A stretch of DNA of 64,000 nucleotides from a virus. Position 1 is the first letter of the stretch. Every line of letters starts with the position of its first letter. The translations under genes and the position numbers were made by a program. Below the pieces are notes generated by a model. That model made no database searches, was not told the origin of the DNA, and saw only the letters and a list, made by a program, of their open reading frames with translations. The stretch covers positions 1-64,000 of the IMG/VR virus record IMGVR_UViG_3300049893_001613; one strand, given 5' to 3'. Positions 54,622-64,000 of the stretch are shown here, piece after piece.

Positions 54622-56328
54622 ATGAAGAAGAAAAAGAAAAAATTAGTTGTAGGAGGAAACCTGGCACAATACGGGCAACCGGTAGCTCAGGGTATTGGTA
54701 TGCTTGGTAGTATGTCTGGAAATCCAGTCTTTAGCAGTGCTTCAATGGGACTACTGGCGGGGGCTAAATTCGGTCCTATGGGTATGATCGCTGGCGCTGG
54801 TATAGGAGCCCTAAAAGGTTCTCAGGCTAAGCATGAAGCTGAACTAGAAGCAAAAAGAATAAAAGAAGCTCAAGAAGAGATGTACAGGTTTGACAGTGCT
54901 AACCAGGCAATTATAAATTCTGGCGGTGGTTTAAAACACGGAGGTAAACTTCTGGCAAAATCCTTGAATCCTATAAAAGGTGGTGGGTTAGTTCCTATTT
55001 CTGAAGACGCAGTAGAAGTTAAAGGTAACAACCCGAATGTTACTGATGGTGTGGAATTAGAATCAGCACATGTTGACCATGGTGAAGTAATCAGTTCACT
55101 ACCCGACCTTGGCAAATTTGTATTCTCTAAAGAACTTGGTTACGCTAAAAAAGCTAAAGCTCTGGAGAAAATGAAAGACGACCGTCCAAGATTTAAAGCA
55201 GTCAATCAGAAAGTGGACCAGGAACTACTGGCCCTGGCAAATGAACAAGAGAGTATGAAAACAGGTAAAAATAAAACATCACTGGCTGAAGGAGGTTACA
55301 TCCTTAGAAAGAAACTGGATCCAGATCGCAAACAACCAGCAAAAGGAGCTAAGCCTATAGAAATTAAAGGCCCTACACCTCTTGGTGATGAATCAAAGTA
55401 CTTCCTTAATAAACCTAAGAAGAAACTGGTGTGGGGTGGAGAGACTGATCCTTTTGATTTTCAAAAGACAGCTGAACAAGCGTCAATGAACAGAATCCCG
55501 GGTGTTAACGCCCAAGCAGATCCATTTGCTATAGATAAAAATGAATTACTTGGTCTTACCGCTAAATGGGATCAGCAGGAAGCTGCTGACTACAAGGGTG
55601 AAACTATTACCCCTGAAATGCCGACTGAAAAAGCTCAAACCATGCCAAAGAAATTTAATTGGGGGAAAGCGCTTCAAAACGGTGTAACCGGTTTAGCCAC
55701 ATTCGGTCCTAACTTGTTTACCAATAACGCTATTAAAAAGCTCAAAGGACCTCCGCAGAGCGCGATGGAGAGAGCTGTAACCCTTAAGAAGGTAAATCCT
55801 AATGCCCAGCTTGCAAGCGCTAGAAACGCCTTTAATGACGCCAACGAGGTTGTACGAAAAGGTGTAGGTAACTTCAGTAACTTAGCATCAGGAACAGGAT
55901 CTTTACTTGCAAAAAGACTGGAAGCTGAAAATCAGATCTTTGGGCGAGTTAATGACCAGAACATTGGTATTCAGAACCAGGAAGCCGGCTTGAATGTAGG
56001 TGTAAATCTGCGTAACACAGAGCGGTTAAACAGATTTAGTGAAAACAAGACAGAATTTGAAAACAAAAAGATCCAACTGAAATCTGAAAACGTAGCCAAT
56101 GTAGCTAAAAAAAGCTTACAGATAGGTCAGGAGAAAGAACGAATGGCGCTGGATAAATTAAAAGCCAAAATTATAGCCGGCCAGTATGGTGATTCAGGAG
56201 TTCTTGCTCGGTTAGGGGAGAAATTCAAAATGGAAGATCCGGAAGCTTACGAAGAACTGAAGTCACAAGGATTCTTTAGACTTGGTGGTCTTATGAGTAA
56301 TAAGCTCTCTAAAAAGAAAAAGAAGTAA
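54622..56328 (+). CDS. Ejected cargo protein
   Basis: Gly-rich hydrophobic N-terminal segment, repeated xxGG motifs, VDHGEVI...VFS; follows muzzle. Confidence 0.65.
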   Translation: MKKKKKKLVVGGNLAQYGQPVAQGIGMLGSMSGNPVFSSASMGLLAGAKFGPMGMIAGAGIGALKGSQAKHEAELEAKRIKEAQEEMYRFDSANQAIINSGGGLKHGGKLLAKSLNPIKGGGLVPISEDAVEVKGNNPNVTDGVELESAHVDHGEVISSLPDLGKFVFSKELGYAKKAKALEKMKDDRPRFKAVNQKVDQELLALANEQESMKTGKNKTSLAEGGYILRKKLDPDRKQPAKGAKPIEIKGPTPLGDESKYFLNKPKKKLVWGGETDPFDFQKTAEQASMNRIPGVNAQADPFAIDKNELLGLTAKWDQQEAADYKGETITPEMPTEKAQTMPKKFNWGKALQNGVTGLATFGPNLFTNNAIKKLKGPPQSAMERAVTLKKVNPNAQLASARNAFNDANEVVRKGVGNFSNLASGTGSLLAKRLEAENQIFGRVNDQNIGIQNQEAGLNVGVNLRNTERLNRFSENKTEFENKKIQLKSENVANVAKKSLQIGQEKERMALDKLKAKIIAGQYGDSGVLARLGEKFKMEDPEAYEELKSQGFFRLGGLMSNKLSKKKKK

Positions 56329-56407
56329 AAACTTTGTTTTAAGAAGGAAACTTCTTACCTTTCGACCTAAAATGTGGTTAAACACGTTTTAGGTTTAGAA
56401 GGTTAAA

Positions 56408-56773
56408 ATGGAGAATCCTCGCGTAGAAACAGAAAGTAACACCCAATACATTTATCTGTTATTGGACCCACGTAATAACCAACCTGTTTATGTTGGTAAA
56501 GCAAAGTGTGTTATTAGCAGATTAGGTTTACACCTTTGTGTAAAAGCAAAGCACAACCCGGCTTTTTATGCCTTTATTGAGGAATTAAAGCGATCCTTGC
56601 TTATTCCTAAAATTCAAATTTTAGAAACAACTGATGATGATCACGCTACAGAAAGAGAAACTTTCTGGATTGGTCATTATTTTTCATTGTACCCAAATTT
56701 ATACAACCGATCTCTCAGACCAAAAAGTATGCTTAAAACTAAGCAATACGTCAAAACTTTAAAAAGAAATTAA
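56408..56773 (+). CDS. GIY-YIG endonuclease
   Basis: YIYLLLDPR...YVGK...R...H...ERETFWI...LYN. Confidence 0.85.
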   Translation: MENPRVETESNTQYIYLLLDPRNNQPVYVGKAKCVISRLGLHLCVKAKHNPAFYAFIEELKRSLLIPKIQILETTDDDHATERETFWIGHYFSLYPNLYNRSLRPKSMLKTKQYVKTLKRN

Positions 56774-56775
56774 CA

Positions 56776-58776
56776 ATGGGTTTATATTCAGATCTCTCCT
56801 TAAATTCAGGAGAATACATTCCACAGTACGCTGGGGCTCCTCTGGCCGAAATGCAGAAAACAGCTGATACTCTTGCCGGACGCCACTACCAAAACATTGC
56901 TCAAGCCAATCAGCTTGAGATCATGGCCAACCAGCTTAAGTCTAAACTCCTACCAGGAGCGAAAGGATACGTTGACCAACATATCAACTCTATCAATGAA
57001 GCATTAGCAGAAATGGCTAAAAGTGGTGGTGAAAACGCTACAGCTCGGGTACAAGCCCTGGCCAGAACTTTACAGGGAGACCAAGGTATTCTCAATGGTC
57101 TTCAGAGAGCTCAGGAATACGCTAAACAGACTGAGGCTATCGATGCCTTAAAACTAAAAGGGGAGATACCTTTATTTGATGAAGCAAGGCGTAAACAGCT
57201 GGAAGCAGCCAGTGCAACCGATGAGCTGTACAACTCACCATATTCTATGGAAGTTGAACCATACAAGAGCCCAACTCCAGAAATGGATGAAGTATGGAAT
57301 GTAATTAAACCCGATTCATATGAAGGTGCTATTCATGCTGCAATGAACACTACAGCTAAAAACCTTCTTGGTAAGAACATAGAAGGGATGGACCCTGACC
57401 TGCCTTTATTCTTTGAAAGTATCACAACTTCAGGAATCAGTGGCCAGAAAATTAAAGACATGCTCGACAACGCGTGGAGCACTTACCAGAATTCAGAATC
57501 CTTTAAACAACAAACCGGTAAACTGGTAGGCAAATCTCCAGCCCAGGTTAAACAGGAATTCTATAAGCGTGGTTTAATGGGTGTGTACAGTAACCTTCAA
57601 AGAACCTACAATGCAACTCCAGCAGCTGCTTTAAACGGAGGAAGTGGTAGCACCGCAGAACCCGCAGCTATCAATGTTCCAATGGATGCTACTGTAAGAA
57701 CTAACTTCGATAAGAATACATCCGTAATTCCAGGAGTAGTTGACAAAGCGCTACTAAATTCAGAACGTAAGGTAATTGAAGGTCAGCTGAACTCCATGGC
57801 TATGACGGATAAAATAGCACCACTAGACGCAAAAGCTTTAAAAGAAAAAGCTAAACTGGAAAAACGGTTAGGTGAGATTAATGCTGAAGAAAAAAGAACA
57901 CAAGCTGACGTAGACGCAGAACAACTAGCTACGTTTAAAACAGCTGTAGAAGTATTAGGCACTCAACCAATAAGCTCTTCTATTTATCTTGGTAAACCCG
58001 GACCACAGAAAACAACTGAAAGCATGACTGATGCTGAATGGAAAGCATTTATGCAAACTCCTGAAGGGCAGACAGCTTTAAATCAATACAATCAACAGTA
58101 CCAGTCATTACGTTACAATAATGCTTTTGCTACTGTACCACTTACAAGTGATGCTTCTCAGACGAATGAACAGTTTCTGCAGAAGACAGCTCACTTCAGA
58201 AAGATTATGCCGGTTGACGGATCTGAAGAACCGACAACAATAATGAATGAAAACAACGAACCAGCTAGTGACGAACTAGCCGTAGTAAATGAAGCTATCT
58301 CAACTGGACAGTTTGAATACATTGGTATGGCTACTCCAAGAAACTTGTTCGCTAAGAAAGCTAATGACAAGTCATTTACCCGAGCTATCCGTGTTCGTAT
58401 AAAAGATCCTAACAAAGCGGGAGCAACTAAAGATTACTTCTTAAGCCAGCCTGCTGGTATGACAACTCCAATCGACACAAACGAGAACGTGCTCTGGGAA
58501 AGAGCTACTTCTAAGCCTGGAGCTTTTGTTCCGGCTGGTGGAGGATATGAAATACAAACAATGCCTACTGTACAACAACGCGAGAAGTTGTATCCAAAGT
58601 ACGGAACTTCAGTAGAAGTTGACGGACAGTACAAAACAATTGATCAGGCAAAATTCGTAAACAACCCTGAAACAGTATTACTGAAAACCAAAGACGGTAA
58701 AGTAATACCTTTTGCTAATTACTCGATGGCTGCTAAATATCTTGCAGACCAAGGAGTAGAACTTAACATAGAATAA
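56776..58776 (+). CDS. Ejected cargo protein
   Basis: YIPQY...PL N-terminus, helical; precedes giant gene. Confidence 0.65.
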   Translation: MGLYSDLSLNSGEYIPQYAGAPLAEMQKTADTLAGRHYQNIAQANQLEIMANQLKSKLLPGAKGYVDQHINSINEALAEMAKSGGENATARVQALARTLQGDQGILNGLQRAQEYAKQTEAIDALKLKGEIPLFDEARRKQLEAASATDELYNSPYSMEVEPYKSPTPEMDEVWNVIKPDSYEGAIHAAMNTTAKNLLGKNIEGMDPDLPLFFESITTSGISGQKIKDMLDNAWSTYQNSESFKQQTGKLVGKSPAQVKQEFYKRGLMGVYSNLQRTYNATPAAALNGGSGSTAEPAAINVPMDATVRTNFDKNTSVIPGVVDKALLNSERKVIEGQLNSMAMTDKIAPLDAKALKEKAKLEKRLGEINAEEKRTQADVDAEQLATFKTAVEVLGTQPISSSIYLGKPGPQKTTESMTDAEWKAFMQTPEGQTALNQYNQQYQSLRYNNAFATVPLTSDASQTNEQFLQKTAHFRKIMPVDGSEEPTTIMNENNEPASDELAVVNEAISTGQFEYIGMATPRNLFAKKANDKSFTRAIRVRIKDPNKAGATKDYFLSQPAGMTTPIDTNENVLWERATSKPGAFVPAGGGYEIQTMPTVQQREKLYPKYGTSVEVDGQYKTIDQAKFVNNPETVLLKTKDGKVIPFANYSMAAKYLADQGVELNIE

Positions 58777-58779
58777 TCA

Positions 58780-61700
58780 ATGGCTAAAAAAACACCATTA
58801 ACAGACTTAGGATTTGATCAACTAGGTAAAGTAAAACCACTTGCTCCTCTGGGTACAACTCCAGACCCACTTGGTTTTGACACCCAGGTTAACTCACCTT
58901 CTCCTTATGAAGGTCCAACCCCTAGTGAACAATACACTCCAGGATACATAGCTGAAACAAGCTTAAAAGATCATATTGCTGCTAATCAAGATGGTTGGGA
59001 TCAGTTCGCTAACTTCTTTGAACAAACTGGTGTAGGTGCCTTAGCCGGTACTATAGAAACAGCTTCATACATGGCTGACTTCGAACAACACTGGAATTGG
59101 TTAAAAGGTGAAGAAACAGAGTACAAAAACTGGTTAGGTGAAGGGATGAAGAAAATTGTTGAAGAGAACAAAGAACTCTTCCCAATCTATCTTTCTGAAA
59201 AGAATGAAGGGTTTGAACCTTCATCAGCAGAGTGGTGGGCTCATCATGGTGGTTCCGGATTAGGAACTGTACTGGGTCTGTTGGTTCCTGGTTTAGGAGT
59301 AGCAAAACTTGGTAAGCTTGCTGGTATGGGTAAAACAGGACAAGCTATCTCAGCTACTGTAGCATCACGTACAGCCGAGTCTACAATGGAGGCTAATCAA
59401 GTCTTCGAGGAAAGCTACAAAACATTACTTGACAGAGGAATAGATACAGAGACAGCTAAGCAATTAGCTGGAAAAGCTGCTACAACCACTTGGAATACTA
59501 ACTGGTTATTTGCTCTTCAGGATTTTGCTCAATTCAATACTATCCTTAAAGGAGCAAAAGTTTCTGCTAAAGGAGCAAAAGGATTAGGTATTAAACAATT
59601 CCTTGGACAATCCGCCTGGGAAGGTGCTGAAGAAGCAGGACAATACACTGTACAACAAGAAGCTAAACGTCTCGCTCTCGAGTCAGACGCGGACTACTTT
59701 GGAGCTGGTTTCAATAAGAGATTAGCAGATTATGTAGATGATGATGAATTCTTAACATCAACATTACTTGGTGCTGCAGGTGGAGGTTTATTCCATGTAG
59801 CTGGTAAAGCAGCTGAAGCGGTTACAGAAGTGCAACAAGGTGACTACATTCCAAGGATTAAAGAAAAGATATTTAATACTGTAAAGCGTGGACTACAAAA
59901 AGTACGCGCTAATACAGTTGATGACACAGGTACATCTCAGACCATCTCTAACGTAGAGCTGGCCAACATGTACGTGGACCGGTTAAACAAAGGTAAGTTA
60001 AACAACTATACTGAAGAGTTAGAAGAACTGAAGAAAAAAACTGAAACAGACTCTGATGTAAAAAGAACAATAGATGAGCACATCGAGGACGTGGAGTTCT
60101 TGAAAACTGAAGAAGCTCGTTTGAAGAATTCTCCTATACCCGCAGAGTTTCACAAACATATTCTGACTACAACTCTTGAACAAAGACAGAAGTCAAGATT
60201 ACAGAAGCAACTGTCTAACGAATTACAGGCTCTTGAACAAGATCTGTTAAGAGAAGACCAGTTAACTCCTGAACTACAACAGCTTAAAAAGCTGCAGATA
60301 AGTGCTGCTGGTTACGCAAAGCTGGCCCAGACTAATCCTAAATTTGTACCGGTTGCTGAGCAAATGACTAAAGCATTTGAACAGGCTAAGCAGGATTTCA
60401 AAGCAGGTAACGTACTTGGTGCTATTGCTGATCTTGATAAAGTATTATTAACTAACCGCGATGCTGCACTCTTCGAAAAAGCATTCCAGTTAATTTCTAC
60501 TCAAGAACAACAAAAGGATCTCAAGGATGAGCTTGCTAAAGTAACAACTCCTGAGGGCCTTGCACAGATAGCTAAGGAACGTGCTGAAAAGAAAATCAAT
60601 GCTGAATCTCAAGCTGTACTTAATAACCCAAAAGCAACTAAAGAAGAAATTCTTCAAGCTGCAGCAAACACTACTGATGAAGCATTAAAAGTTGAGTTAG
60701 CTAAGAAACATCAGGCTCTTGTAGATGCTGATAAGGCAGCTAACGAAGCCAAGACTAAAGCTCTTGTAGATGAGGGAGCTCCTGAAGCACCTGAAGAGAG
60801 ACTTCCTGATGAAATACCATTTGACTTCGATCCAAACTTCGAAGTAGTTCCTGAAGTAGAGGACGCTCCACTTCCGGATGAAATTCCTTTTGCTGGTGGA
60901 TTAAGTCCTGAACAAGCCCAGAAATGGGGAGGACTAAGCCCAGAACAGGTGACTACAATGCTGAGTCAACTTAATACTGAACAACAGGAAGCAAAACCTG
61001 TACCTACTGATCAGCAGGGAGAGAAAGATATTAAAGCAAGTGAGGCTAGACGTGATCAGTCAACAGTTGGTACCATCTCTATGGACCATCTTGGAGATGA
61101 AGCCCAAACACCGCAGAAGTACCACCATGTTAATGGACAGGTTGGTACTGCAGAAGACGTGTTTGCAGTCGAACCAATGACTGGACAATTACTTGTTAAC
61201 ACTCCGGTTATTCAACCAGGAATGACTGTAACATTGAAAGTAGAAAACGAATTCCCATGGACACAACGTGCTGGGTTTGTTCCTAACAGTGTTGATAACT
61301 ACACTATCAATGTGTACATGGAAGGTGTATCTCAGCCATTAACACAACTTCGTAACGTTGATAATAAGAAATTAAATGAACCAGCTAAAGTTGAAGAACA
61401 AGATAATAACAGAGCTCTACGTAACAGAATTATTGCTGCGGGAGGAACTCTGCAAACAACCATTACTGGTAAGAACCTTGGCTCTATTCGCGTCTCTGAT
61501 CGTAAGAATTCAGTTGAAATATTTCAGTCTGATTTCGTAGAAACTCCTGAAGGTTGGTCATTCCAGAACACCGGGCATAACCCAGCATTTGGATTTATAG
61601 ACTTCAACGGTTTAATTGAAGTGCCTAACCTGCGTAGTATGGCTGGAATGTCGTCAGCTACGGCAGACCGTATTGAAGCAGCTGTACTCGAGCTGTCAAA

Positions 61701-63999
61701 GAACACAGCTCAATTGTCCAAGATGAGAGGTAAGATTATTACCTTCCGTACAGGACCAGATGGTACTATGAGAATCATAGGGCTCGAGCCAAACAAGCTT
61801 AATGAAAACGAAGTTAACTGGTTAATACAGAATCTACCAGGATTGATCAGTTCTAAGAACTACACTGATCTTGACAGTGTTGTATACATGCCTAAGCACG
61901 CCCCTGGAGTGTACTCAGCTAATAAAGGACTTCCTGATGTGCTTACATTAGATCGTAGAAGAATACACCTGGTTAATACAACAAAAACTAAGGCTGATGT
62001 TCTATTACCACTAACTGGTGAAGCGGGTAAGAAGATCTGGGTTATACTGGATTCCCCACAACTTAAACCAATGTTATCCGGACAACCTTTTGGATTCAGA
62101 ATCATGACTCCTGATGGTAACAAAACTGCAGTGATGCTTAATCACCCAGCAGGTCCAAAGATTGCTGAGCAGTTCAAGAAATTACTGAGCAATCAGTTCA
62201 AAAACATTAACAAGAAAAACTTAAACTCAGAGATAGTTTATACGGACCCTACAGATCCAAATGCGACACCGTCTAATTCATACTACGAGTACCTGGTTAA
62301 GACGGGTTCTCTATATACTAATCTACCGGGCTCTAAAACACTTGGAAACGGTAAAGATTCTTCTTATTCATTTAACCAGGTAAGTCTATACTTAGATCCT
62401 AACCCGGCTGATGAAGTAGCAAAAGTAGACCACTCAGGTGAGACTACTATTATACATGATGTTAAGCCAGCTCCAATACCTACTCCAACAGAAACTCCTA
62501 CCCCTAAAAAAAGAGGAAGTGCTTTGGATGAAATTTATGGAGAAGGTAAATTACGTGCTGTAGTAGGTAATCATAAATTTGAAACAATCACTGAAAAAGA
62601 ATTACAGTGGTTTAAAGAGACTTATGGTGAGGAATTCCTTACTATTGCTAAAAACATTGACAAGATCGTTACTGAAGGTGGAGTAGAAGCATTTGGTATG
62701 TACTACAATGCCATGGTAACCCTTGCTGAGAAAGGTGAGACCGGTTCATTAGCTCACGAAGCTATGCACTTAGTACTTGATCCTATGACAGGTGTTGTAA
62801 GTGCAAAAGAAAGAGAAGACATTCTTAATGCTGCAGCTAAAGCTTACGGTATTGAAAGAAGTTATGACACTCTACAACCTAAGTTACGTGTTACAGATTC
62901 TTATGCTGGTCCTATTGCTCCGCTGGCAACAGAAGAAGCTGGTGAAACAAAAGCCCCTAAGGACTACATTGACTACTTTAAAAAGCGTTATAACTTAGCT
63001 AAAACTAAGTATGGTGGTCCAAGAACAGCTAAACAAAAAGAAAAGCACAAGGATAGACTTGACACATTCGCTTCAAGACTTAGAAGTGGTTATGTAAACA
63101 GAAAGTTTATTAACCAGCGAGCTGAAGCGCCAAAGTTTGCCGAGATTGATAAAGCTGGGGAAATTATTCCTATTACTCTTAGATTCCTTGAAAACATCAA
63201 GAAGAATAAGAACCACAGTACTTCTCTCGAAAGACCATTTAGCTTCAAAGACGCAACTCCAAAAGAAAATGAAGTTCTGAAAGAATTCTATGATGCTTTA
63301 AAAGCTGAAATTGAATTAAAATTCAAAAGCGAAAACAAACCTGTACCTAAGAATATCTCTAATGACAGGTTGGTTGATAAACTTGACGAGTGGTTACAAA
63401 AGAATTACAGTATACAAGCATATCCTGTACCAACTACACATCAACCTTACGGTTTGTACTCAATAATTAGTGGGCATCCTAAAGTAGAAGGTGGAGAAGT
63501 ATTCATTTCTGATGGATTACACTTCCCCCAACTTAATACTGGTCACGCTAAACAGCTAACCGACAAAACCTATTCTAACACATTAGGGTGGTACATTAAT
63601 GCAAAGATCAATGATTCTACTTTCCTGTATGAATTCCAATCAGATATTCTACCTGAAATAGCAGAAGGGAACTTTACATTTGTAAGAAGAGTGCAAACTC
63701 CAGAGGACCAGGAAACCGGTGAGATCGAATTCATATCATCTCTTCCAAGCAAATTATCTTACGACCATTTGAAGTTTACCAGAACAGCATCAGAAGCTGA
63801 AGTAAAAAACAAAATAGCTGATGTTGTAGAAGACTACGTAGATACTTGGATGGAAAGTACTGCTGATGATCTATTACATGCAGAAAAACACATGCGTGGT
63901 GATAGTAGTGCTTCACGCCAGCCTACACCCGATGCAGAAATAGACAGATTAATTGAAAACGCTAACAAACCATCTCTTGCTTTAACAGCTGCTTACATT
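58780..63999 (+). CDS. Giant virion cargo protein with zincin motif (virion RNA polymerase locus), runs off the window edge
   Basis: Not in track. Starts MAKKTPL at 58780; in-frame AHEAMH at 62752-62769; EGAEEAGQY motif. RNAP catalytic motifs not seen in this window. Confidence 0.75.
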   Translation, partial: MAKKTPLTDLGFDQLGKVKPLAPLGTTPDPLGFDTQVNSPSPYEGPTPSEQYTPGYIAETSLKDHIAANQDGWDQFANFFEQTGVGALAGTIETASYMADFEQHWNWLKGEETEYKNWLGEGMKKIVEENKELFPIYLSEKNEGFEPSSAEWWAHHGGSGLGTVLGLLVPGLGVAKLGKLAGMGKTGQAISATVASRTAESTMEANQVFEESYKTLLDRGIDTETAKQLAGKAATTTWNTNWLFALQDFAQFNTILKGAKVSAKGAKGLGIKQFLGQSAWEGAEEAGQYTVQQEAKRLALESDADYFGAGFNKRLADYVDDDEFLTSTLLGAAGGGLFHVAGKAAEAVTEVQQGDYIPRIKEKIFNTVKRGLQKVRANTVDDTGTSQTISNVELANMYVDRLNKGKLNNYTEELEELKKKTETDSDVKRTIDEHIEDVEFLKTEEARLKNSPIPAEFHKHILTTTLEQRQKSRLQKQLSNELQALEQDLLREDQLTPELQQLKKLQISAAGYAKLAQTNPKFVPVAEQMTKAFEQAKQDFKAGNVLGAIADLDKVLLTNRDAALFEKAFQLISTQEQQKDLKDELAKVTTPEGLAQIAKERAEKKINAESQAVLNNPKATKEEILQAAANTTDEALKVELAKKHQALVDADKAANEAKTKALVDEGAPEAPEERLPDEIPFDFDPNFEVVPEVEDAPLPDEIPFAGGLSPEQAQKWGGLSPEQVTTMLSQLNTEQQEAKPVPTDQQGEKDIKASEARRDQSTVGTISMDHLGDEAQTPQKYHHVNGQVGTAEDVFAVEPMTGQLLVNTPVIQPGMTVTLKVENEFPWTQRAGFVPNSVDNYTINVYMEGVSQPLTQLRNVDNKKLNEPAKVEEQDNNRALRNRIIAAGGTLQTTITGKNLGSIRVSDRKNSVEIFQSDFVETPEGWSFQNTGHNPAFGFIDFNGLIEVPNLRSMAGMSSATADRIEAAVLELSKNTAQLSKMRGKIITFRTGPDGTMRIIGLEPNKLNENEVNWLIQNLPGLISSKNYTDLDSVVYMPKHAPGVYSANKGLPDVLTLDRRRIHLVNTTKTKADVLLPLTGEAGKKIWVILDSPQLKPMLSGQPFGFRIMTPDGNKTAVMLNHPAGPKIAEQFKKLLSNQFKNINKKNLNSEIVYTDPTDPNATPSNSYYEYLVKTGSLYTNLPGSKTLGNGKDSSYSFNQVSLYLDPNPADEVAKVDHSGETTIIHDVKPAPIPTPTETPTPKKRGSALDEIYGEGKLRAVVGNHKFETITEKELQWFKETYGEEFLTIAKNIDKIVTEGGVEAFGMYYNAMVTLAEKGETGSLAHEAMHLVLDPMTGVVSAKEREDILNAAAKAYGIERSYDTLQPKLRVTDSYAGPIAPLATEEAGETKAPKDYIDYFKKRYNLAKTKYGGPRTAKQKEKHKDRLDTFASRLRSGYVNRKFINQRAEAPKFAEIDKAGEIIPITLRFLENIKKNKNHSTSLERPFSFKDATPKENEVLKEFYDALKAEIELKFKSENKPVPKNISNDRLVDKLDEWLQKNYSIQAYPVPTTHQPYGLYSIISGHPKVEGGEVFISDGLHFPQLNTGHAKQLTDKTYSNTLGWYINAKINDSTFLYEFQSDILPEIAEGNFTFVRRVQTPEDQETGEIEFISSLPSKLSYDHLKFTRTASEAEVKNKIADVVEDYVDTWMESTADDLLHAEKHMRGDSSASRQPTPDAEIDRLIENANKPSLALTAAYI

Positions 64000-64000
64000 G

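Noticed and set aside
1-64000. Stop-codon reassignment as in some crAss-like phages
   Set aside because: Long genes are intact in the standard code and no CTA or TCA suppressor tRNA gene was found.

Overview
A 64-kb segment of a Bacteroidota-infecting crAss-like phage (Crassvirales-type gene order), read in the standard genetic code. The left ~13.7 kb is on the minus strand. It carries an SF2 helicase (partial), family A DNA polymerase, SPFH protein, GH108 lysozyme, a DUF2828 (Ro60/TROVE-like + vWA) gene and small early ORFs. From ~13.8 kb the plus strand carries 24 tRNAs covering all 20 amino acids, a metallophosphoesterase, TerL-HNH-portal-scaffold-MCP, GroES, tail/fibre, lysis, muzzle and large cargo genes. 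Two systems stand out. (1) The tRNA cluster is split into three blocks, each preceded by a short leader ORF whose codons match the amino acids of that block's tRNAs. Two leaders have terminator/antiterminator pairs and the third is a Glu-rich ORF running into tRNA-Glu. This looks like a ribosome-stalling sensor that switches on the phage tRNAs the host has run short of. (2) The Ro-like gene is followed by four tandem Y-RNA-like hairpins sharing (A/C)CAGCAA and CUGAUAAG junctions, one containing a circularly permuted tRNA (YrlA topology). All calls come from reading the sequence by eye; no searches or folding programs were run, and RNA ends may be off by 1-2 nt.
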